In this document: in pieces, positions 1-6,596 of the stretch
Position numbering within the stretch: the stretch's first letter is position 1
Layout of the letters: every line of letters begins with the position of its first letter
Assembly (NCBI GenBank): GCA_003345555.1
Contig: PRDJ01000068.1
Coordinates: 3,393-35,392 of the forward strand
Source: Candidatus Thorarchaeota archaeon
GTDB taxonomy: Archaea > Asgardarchaeota > Thorarchaeia > Thorarchaeales > Thorarchaeaceae
Length of the DNA: 32,000 nt
Direction: 5' to 3'
Position numbers and translations under genes: made by a program
The notes under the pieces: generated by a model
Database searches by the model: none
The model's input: only the letters and a program-made list of their open reading frames with translations
Told to the model about the DNA's origin: nothing

Positions 1-47
1 CACGAACGCGAGGAGTATACAACAGCCGATTCTCCGCGAGCAGGAGC

Positions 48-989
48 TTACGCGATGCCGCACTTTTTCTTAAGCCGTTCCCAGTCAGCAGTAACCTGCT
101 CCTGAACTTGCTTTCTGAAATCTTCCCATTGAGGACTGAAGAGGTGTTTGAACTGTCCCTGCAACTTCATGTACTCGTCCACAGGCTTCAGTTCGGTGAG
201 ATTCTTGCTAGGGGCTGACATGATGTATTCGTCGCCGTTTATTATTTCATACAGCGGGTGTATGCCGGTCTCGACAGCAAGCTTTGCGAGTTCCATGCTC
301 TTGGACGACTCTGATCTCCATCCTCTGGGGCATGGCGAGAACGCATGAATGAATGCTGGTCCTTCGACCTCCAGTGCCTTCCGAAACTTGGTGATGAAGT
401 CCCGATAATGGAACGGATCAACAGTAGCAACGTAAGGTATCCTATGAGCGGCCACGATCTCGGCTATCGGTTTCTTGCGTTCTCTCTTACCGGGTTCTGC
501 TTTTCCCGCCCATGAGGTTGTAGTCTCCTGCCCCGGAAGTGTCGCGCCTGATCTCTGGATACCAGTGTTCTGGTATGCTCCGTTATCGTACACCATGTAC
601 ACGAAGTCGTGTCCTCGTTCAAGGGCGCCACTGAGCGAGCCAAAGCCTATGTCGAACGTGCCACCATCTCCGCCGATGGCGATTACGTCAACGTGTTCGT
701 GCTTGTACCGGCCTTTCTCCTTCATAGCGTTGATGCCCTCAACGATGCCCGATGCAACGGCTGCAACATTTTCGAAGGCAACGTGTATCCATGGAATCCT
801 CCACGCAGTCTGAGGATAGATTGTAGTTGCCACTTCCAAACACCCGGTTGCGTTGCATATGATTGTCGGACCTCTCAATGCGAATCCCATAATCTTGATT
901 ATGGGCGGAGCCGCGCAGCCAGCACACATTCGGTGACCAGAGCTCATAATCTGCGGTGACTGAATCATATCCTTGAGTTTGACTGACAT
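48..989 (-). CDS. porB: Pyruvate/2-oxoacid:ferredoxin oxidoreductase beta subunit (TPP-binding)
   Basis: GHRMCAGC N-terminal motif, GGDGGTFDIG...YDNGAY TPP-binding motif, SPCPRGW. ATG at 989 overlaps the porA TGA (TGATG); the in-frame GTG at 992 is an alternative start. Confidence 0.93.
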   Translation of the reverse strand: MSVKLKDMIQSPQIMSSGHRMCAGCAAPPIIKIMGFALRGPTIICNATGCLEVATTIYPQTAWRIPWIHVAFENVAAVASGIVEGINAMKEKGRYKHEHVDVIAIGGDGGTFDIGFGSLSGALERGHDFVYMVYDNGAYQNTGIQRSGATLPGQETTTSWAGKAEPGKRERKKPIAEIVAAHRIPYVATVDPFHYRDFITKFRKALEVEGPAFIHAFSPCPRGWRSESSKSMELAKLAVETGIHPLYEIINGDEYIMSAPSKNLTELKPVDEYMKLQGQFKHLFSPQWEDFRKQVQEQVTADWERLKKKCGIA

Positions 990-2203
990 CACTTGCGCAC
1001 CCCCAATGTCTCGTAGAAGGGAGCCTTGCCTTTCTCCAAATACTGCTTGGTCTTGTTGTACCCCTCAACGATCACGGTAGGAGGGACATCACGTCCTCCC
1101 AGTCCAATCACGAAGTCTGTTACTAAGGGTCTCTTTGGTTGTTCGTATAATGCTGTCCGTACTTCCAGAGCCAGAGGATTAGCGGCTGCTCCGAACGAGA
1201 GACACTTCTCAAAGACTGCGACGGCCTTAGCAGAAGCAAGTTCCTTGCCAATCTCCGCAGCCGGAAAAGGTCTGAACAGCTTCAGCCTGAGCAGGCCAAC
1301 CCTCTCCCCGCGGTCACGAAGCGCATCAACAACGGCCTTTGCTGTTCCTGCCGGACTGCTATGGGTCAGTAAGACTATATCGGCGTCTTTTGTTCTGTAA
1401 GTTTCGTAGATACCATAAGACCGACCGCTTATCTTTTCAAACTCAGACTCAACTTCCTTGTAGACCCTGAAGACTTCCTTCATGGCTCTGTCTTGTTGTT
1501 CCTTGACTTCAAAGTAATAGTCTGTAAAGCATATCGGTCCTATGGTGATGGGCTTGTCAGGATCAAGGACCTGCGCCGGGTCTCTGATGCCAATAAAATC
1601 CCGCACAACTTCGTCTGGCAGTAGCTCCACGTGTTCGACATTATGGCTGAGAATGAAACCATCGATGCAAACCATGGCAGGCAGCAGTACGCTGTGGTTT
1701 TCAGCAATCTTGAAAGACATTATGGTGGTATCATATGCTTCTTGGCAACTCTGACAATACATCTGAATGAAGCCACTATCACGAGCGCCGTAGGAATCGC
1801 TCCAGTCATTATGGATGTTGATAGGAGCTGAGAGTGCACGATTGGCCACAGCCAAGACTATCGGCAGTCGTAGGCCGCTAGCACAATAGAGAACTTCCCA
1901 CATTAACGCGAGTCCTGCTGACGCCGAGGTCGTAGCGACTCGGGCTCCGGCCGCAGATGCTCCGATACAAGCAGACATCGCGCTGTGTTCGGACTCCACG
2001 GGTATGACCTTTGTCTTCACTTCACCGTCGGCGAAAAAGCGCTGGTAATCCTCAACGATAATCGTCTGAGGTGTGATCGGATATGCTGACAGGACATCGA
2101 TATCACACTGCTTCAGAGCACGCGCTATCGCGGCGTCGCCTGTGAGTCCCTCAATATTGCTGCTGCTCTCCGTAGTCTTTGAGCTTTTCGTCGCTGCTGT
2201 CAT
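989..2203 (-). CDS. porA: Pyruvate/2-oxoacid:ferredoxin oxidoreductase alpha subunit
   Basis: YPITPQT, VESEHSAMS, NRALSAPINIHNDWSD, GLGGRD motifs. Start placed at ATG 2203 just after the porD stop; the track's 2281 start runs deep into porD. Confidence 0.93.
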   Translation of the reverse strand: MTAATKSSKTTESSSNIEGLTGDAAIARALKQCDIDVLSAYPITPQTIIVEDYQRFFADGEVKTKVIPVESEHSAMSACIGASAAGARVATTSASAGLALMWEVLYCASGLRLPIVLAVANRALSAPINIHNDWSDSYGARDSGFIQMYCQSCQEAYDTTIMSFKIAENHSVLLPAMVCIDGFILSHNVEHVELLPDEVVRDFIGIRDPAQVLDPDKPITIGPICFTDYYFEVKEQQDRAMKEVFRVYKEVESEFEKISGRSYGIYETYRTKDADIVLLTHSSPAGTAKAVVDALRDRGERVGLLRLKLFRPFPAAEIGKELASAKAVAVFEKCLSFGAAANPLALEVRTALYEQPKRPLVTDFVIGLGGRDVPPTVIVEGYNKTKQYLEKGKAPFYETLGVRK

Positions 2204-2207
2204 TTCA

Positions 2208-2504
2208 TCACTCACTCTCCATTTCGATGCAGGAATTGGGACATTCATTTGCGCAGATTCCACAGCCCTTACAATAGTCATAGTCGAAGGCGTACGTGCG
2301 TTTCCCGTCCTTCTCCGCGATTTTCACAGCGTTATCTGGGCAGAAAATCCAACACAATAGACATGTGCCGTTCTTAAGCCACAGGCAATCGTCCGGCGTG
2401 TGCTTTGGGCGCTCCGCCCGCCATCCACCGGTCTTGTACTGCATCGCACTGCCCGGCTCAAGTATGTTGCCGCCCATTGGAATCTCGTTGAACTTCTTGC
2501 TCAT
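2208..2504 (-). CDS. porD: 2-oxoacid:ferredoxin oxidoreductase delta subunit (2x[4Fe-4S])
   Basis: KTGGWR motif, CLLCWIFCPD and CKGCGICANECP cluster motifs; ATGA overlap with the porG stop at 2501-2504. Confidence 0.92.
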   Translation of the reverse strand: MSKKFNEIPMGGNILEPGSAMQYKTGGWRAERPKHTPDDCLWLKNGTCLLCWIFCPDNAVKIAEKDGKRTYAFDYDYCKGCGICANECPNSCIEMESE

Positions 2505-3076
2505 CCGACCTTCGCCTCCGAAGCTGCTCTCTCCATTGCTGTCTTATTCAGTTCACCTACCTTGCCGGGGTACCGGCTAACCACTTCATTGATGACTGTT
2601 TCAAACTTGACCGCGCCAGTGGTCTTTACCGCTGCAGCAAGTGTCGGCATATTATAGAAAGGCCGGCCAAGGATCTGCATGGCAATTGCTTTGGCATCAA
2701 CGGTGACGACTTTTCCCGTCTTTAGACCGAGCTTCTTTCTCGTCTCCTCCGGTGTCATTTGAGTGTTCAACACAAGCGTGCCGTCTTTCTTGAGTCCCTC
2801 GCTTACGTCCATAACGTCAATGAGCGTTGGGTCAATACAGATAACGATGTTCGGCTGGTATATCTGAGCATAAAGCTGGATAGGGCTCTTGCTGATCCTT
2901 AGGAAAGCCTTGACAGGAGCTCCAGTGCGTTCGGGTCCGAACTCAGGGAAGGCCTGAATGTAGTTGCCCTCTGAGAGAGCTGCCTTTCCCATCATCTGAT
3001 TACTCGTGACGACGCCTTGGCCGCCACGTCCATGCCATCTCACTTCAATGATTCCTTTTGAGAAGTCAAGGGCCAT
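2501..3076 (-). CDS. porG: 2-oxoacid:ferredoxin oxidoreductase gamma subunit
   Basis: EVRWHGRGGQG, FPEFGPERTGAPV motifs; first gene of the G-D-A-B operon. Confidence 0.93.
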   Translation of the reverse strand: MALDFSKGIIEVRWHGRGGQGVVTSNQMMGKAALSEGNYIQAFPEFGPERTGAPVKAFLRISKSPIQLYAQIYQPNIVICIDPTLIDVMDVSEGLKKDGTLVLNTQMTPEETRKKLGLKTGKVVTVDAKAIAMQILGRPFYNMPTLAAAVKTTGAVKFETVINEVVSRYPGKVGELNKTAMERAASEAKVG

Positions 3077-3225
3077 AGTAAATCATCACTACCTACGTGG
3101 GACAAGTGACTTGCCCGGCTCCCCTAGGGATGCTTATGTATCTTCTTATTCACCCACACAACGAGCGATGCTTTTTTACCAAGTAGAAAACTAGCGCCGG
3201 TTCCAGTCATTTCACTCACGTCAGA

Positions 3226-3597
3226 TCATGATGGCGGCATAACAACGATCTGGACACTTGTCAACGTCTTGCCCTCCTTATCGCTCGCATCAAAAGTGTC
3301 AAACGCCATCTCGTACCTGAAACGTTGTTCGCGCACCTTGAGCTCGTGTGCGACCCGAACGGCAAGCCCAATACCTTTGAACCCATATCCCCTAATCGCG
3401 ACAATCCTCTTGTCGTTCCTTACGAGACCTTGGATTGTAGAAGCTATCTTCAGCACGTTGATCTTCTCAGCCGTAGGTGAAATCTCCAAAAGAACGTACT
3501 CGCTTGTGGGAAAGACTCCAACATCTTCGTCAAGAGCGATGCCAATAATCGAGTCCCCAAGTCTCAACTGTTTAGGTATTCTCTCTTGGAGGGACAT
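3226..3597 (-). CDS. Small protein with probable Alba/SpoVS-like fold and N-terminal extension
   Basis: IVAIRGYGFKGIGLAVRVAHELK resembles Alba [21 protein letters not shown]; the C-terminal AF...EGKTLTSVQIVVMP resembles SpoVS/Alba last strands (by-eye comparison). Start ATG 3597 or 3609. Confidence 0.6.
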   Translation of the reverse strand: MSLQERIPKQLRLGDSIIGIALDEDVGVFPTSEYVLLEISPTAEKINVLKIASTIQGLVRNDKRIVAIRGYGFKGIGLAVRVAHELKVREQRFRYEMAFDTFDASDKEGKTLTSVQIVVMPPS

Positions 3598-3740
3598 AAT
3601 TGGAAGCATTCCCGTTGGGGTCTAAAGTACTTGCCGTTTGTTGCCATTCAAATGCCATGCTTAATAGGCTGTCACGCAATCACCAGAGCTCGAGCGGCCC
3701 GAATTGCGGAAAGAGATCTGTGAACGGAAGGAGTAGCGCA

Positions 3741-4724
3741 ATGGAGTCTAAGAAACCGGTGGCCATTATCCTTGCAATCTTTGTAGTTACTTCTGTGGCA
3801 GCCGTTGCAATCTTCTACCCCAGACCGGCAGGTGCAAGTATTAGGATAGGATACCTTAGTCAGGATCTACATCAGCTGGCTCTAAGAGTCGCCTACGAAA
3901 AGGGATGGTTCGAGGAAGAGGGTGTCAACATCACGCTCATGCAGTACCAAAACGGTGCGTATGAGATGGATGGGTTTCTCGCTGGACAAATCGACGTGGG
4001 CTATCTGGGAATAGCACCTGCTCTCACCAAGAGCGTAAACCAACACATCAACATCACTGTGCTAGCGACCGCGAACCTTGAGGGATCATCGATTATGGTG
4101 TTCAAAGAGGAGTACGATGCTGGGCGAATCATCAACATAACTGGTCTCGTCAATAGAACGATTCTCCATCCCGGTCCTTCAAGTGTTCAGGCATTTCTGC
4201 TCAGATTAGCATTGAATCAGTCTGGAATTTCCATGTCACAGGTTTCTCTCGAGCAATCGCTTCCTCAGAACATGGCCATATCACTGACTGCTGACAGACC
4301 TGCATTCATCGCTTGGGAGCCGTTCTGTGCTTTAGCCCAGTACAACAATCAAGCTGTTCCCATCCTGTCTTCGCATGATATATGGCCGGGGCATCCATGT
4401 TGTGTGCTTGCAACATCAAACGATTTTCTCAGGACTAGTCCTGACATTGTGCAGAAGATTGTGGATATTCATAAGCGAGCCGAGCAGTGGATTCTGGCAA
4501 ATCCGATAGACGCAATGAGCATCGCGGTCAAATGGCTGCTGGTCGACACGATGCCCGTAGAGACTGCGTTAAATCGAATCACTTACGACTACGGTCTTAA
4601 TCGGACTGCCTTCGAGAAGTATCTGACTTTCTTGATTACTGAGGGCCTCGTCACGATGGACCTTAGTGGTATCAATTCGTTTCTAGATCGCTTCGTAAAC
4701 AGTACCTTCATTGAACATGTATAG
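3741..4724 (+). CDS. ABC transporter substrate-binding protein, NitT/TauT (SsuA/TauA-like) family
   Basis: N-terminal hydrophobic anchor, IRIGYL, GQIDVGYLG, WEPF, PGHPCCVLA. ATG 3741 preceded by GAAGGAG. Confidence 0.88.
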   Translation: MESKKPVAIILAIFVVTSVAAVAIFYPRPAGASIRIGYLSQDLHQLALRVAYEKGWFEEEGVNITLMQYQNGAYEMDGFLAGQIDVGYLGIAPALTKSVNQHINITVLATANLEGSSIMVFKEEYDAGRIINITGLVNRTILHPGPSSVQAFLLRLALNQSGISMSQVSLEQSLPQNMAISLTADRPAFIAWEPFCALAQYNNQAVPILSSHDIWPGHPCCVLATSNDFLRTSPDIVQKIVDIHKRAEQWILANPIDAMSIAVKWLLVDTMPVETALNRITYDYGLNRTAFEKYLTFLITEGLVTMDLSGINSFLDRFVNSTFIEHV

Positions 4725-4819
4725 GTTAATGTGGCAGAGGTTGAAGGCGGTTGATACAAGCAGCTTGAACGGACTGACCATGCTTCGATTTCTGGACACG
4801 ATAGGGATGGCGAGGAAAC

Positions 4820-5632
4820 ATGGACGAGACTTGTAGAAAGAGACGCAGAGGGCGACCCTTTCACATCTTGCTCAAGGACGTATTTCTCAAGGCCGTGCTT
4901 CCTCTCATTATTCTTCTGGCCATTTGGCAGTCTATCGCAAGTGTTGCCCAAGGGATAAGTTTGTACGACATAGCGTCTTCTTTCATGAAGCTGGCTGTCT
5001 ACGGTGATGCTGATGGAACGACGCTCGGGCAACACACGGCTATCAGCATGCTACGGGTTACGATGGGGTTTGGCGCTGCTTCAGTCACCGCGATTCCGCT
5101 TGGCATTATCATAGGCCGATACCGCGCTGTCAACATGGTGCTAAGCCCTGTTATTGAGGCCATGCGCCCGATTCCTCCAATCGCATGGATTCCTCTTTCA
5201 ATTCTGCTCTTTAGGACCAACATGCTTGGCGCCCAGGTTTTCATTATCTGGGTGGGGGCGTTCTTTCCCATCCTACTCAATACTGTTGCTGGAGTCAAGA
5301 GAACCAGCATCGTCCATCTTGAAGTGGGACGAACCTTCGGGGCCACTGAACAGCAGGTGCTTTCAAGCATAATCCTTCCGTCCGCTGCGCCAGAAATCAT
5401 GGCCGGTCTCCGAATTGGCTTCGGTATTGGCTGGATGTGCTTGGTTGCTGCAGAAATGATTGGTGGTGGCCTTGGTCTTGGGTACTTGGTGATTATAGCA
5501 GAGCAGCTCGGCAGAACTGGTGAAACCATTTCGGCAATACTAGTAATTGGTTTCATTGGTTTCGCGATTAGCTATGTACTCCTTCGCCTTGAGAAATCGC
5601 TGTTAAGGTGGAGAAGAGAGGTCGCTGTCTAG
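4820..5632 (+). CDS. ABC transporter permease, NitT/TauT family
   Basis: Multiple TM segments, RPIPPIAWIPL, EAA-like loop (EVGRTFGAT), LVAAEM. Confidence 0.9.
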   Translation: MDETCRKRRRGRPFHILLKDVFLKAVLPLIILLAIWQSIASVAQGISLYDIASSFMKLAVYGDADGTTLGQHTAISMLRVTMGFGAASVTAIPLGIIIGRYRAVNMVLSPVIEAMRPIPPIAWIPLSILLFRTNMLGAQVFIIWVGAFFPILLNTVAGVKRTSIVHLEVGRTFGATEQQVLSSIILPSAAPEIMAGLRIGFGIGWMCLVAAEMIGGGLGLGYLVIIAEQLGRTGETISAILVIGFIGFAISYVLLRLEKSLLRWRREVAV

Positions 5633-6420
5633 GTTCCTCTTAGATGCATTGCTTTCTCCTGTTCAACTCTCAGCAAATCAAGTATTTCCGCCCGGTACGA
5701 GAGACAGTCTGTAGAGGTCCTGTCCCGTGGCCGGGGCAAACTGATGACGAATTCATTGATTATGTGAGCAGGGATGTTGCTTAATAGGATCACGCGGTCC
5801 GACATGAATACAGCTTCGTCAACATTGTGAGAAACGAAGATGATCGTTGAGCCCGTCTCCTGCCATATCCTCAGGAACTCCTCCTGCAAGTAATTCCTCG
5901 TCTGTGAATCAAGATTCGAGAAGCATTCGTCAGAAACTAGGATATCAGGAGACGTGACCAGGCTCCGAGCCATTTCCGTCTTTCGAGCTTGTCCTCCTGA
6001 TATTTCATGAGGAAGGTTGTTCTCGAACTCTTTCATTCCCACTAGGTCGACCATTCTATCAACGAGCATCTGCCTCTCGGCCGGGTCATAATGTTCGGCT
6101 TCGAGGCCGAACTCAATGTTCTTTCGAACTGTTCTCCATGGGAATAGGCTCTCCTGCTGAAAGATGAAGCCGACTCGGTGTCGCCCCCCCGAAGCACGAG
6201 CACCATCGAATACCACTTCGCCGCTGTCAGGTTGAAGAAGTCCTGCTATGATTTTCAGAAGGGTTGTCTTGCCGCACCCTGAGGGTCCAAGTATGCTCAG
6301 GAACTCCCTGTCTTGAACGTCAAACGAAATGCCGTCCAGAACCTTTGTCTCTTCCATGTCATCGTTGAAGTACGACTTCCTGAGGTTTCGTACTGAGAGT
6401 TTCGGCAATTTCGGCACCAC
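5629..6420 (-). CDS. ABC transporter ATP-binding protein, NitT/TauT family
   Basis: Walker A GPSGCGKT, Q-loop IFQ, signature ISGGQ, Walker B LVSDE, H-loop SHN; GTG start; convergent with the permease. Confidence 0.92.
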   Translation of the reverse strand: MVPKLPKLSVRNLRKSYFNDDMEETKVLDGISFDVQDREFLSILGPSGCGKTTLLKIIAGLLQPDSGEVVFDGARASGGRHRVGFIFQQESLFPWRTVRKNIEFGLEAEHYDPAERQMLVDRMVDLVGMKEFENNLPHEISGGQARKTEMARSLVTSPDILVSDECFSNLDSQTRNYLQEEFLRIWQETGSTIIFVSHNVDEAVFMSDRVILLSNIPAHIINEFVISLPRPRDRTSTDCLSYRAEILDLLRVEQEKAMHLRGT

Positions 6421-6596
6421 CCTACGGTCATGTTGTTCCAGTTAAATAGTGTACTGCAGAATGCGCGAACCGTGCTTCAATCGCGCAAAGTAGAAAAGGA
6501 CACCAAACGCCCAAGATACATTAGAGATGCGATTCGTATTGGCGTTCATCTACTCCATGCGACGCACTGCCAATCATATACGGAACGTGAAATCAG

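Noticed and set aside
3600-3740. N-terminal extensions given by the ORF track (also 2204-2281, 18094-18180, 18120-18251, 25533-25643, 30199-30303)
   Set aside because: They overlap neighbouring genes or promoter regions and precede better starts supported by an SD, a coupled overlap or the first conserved motif.
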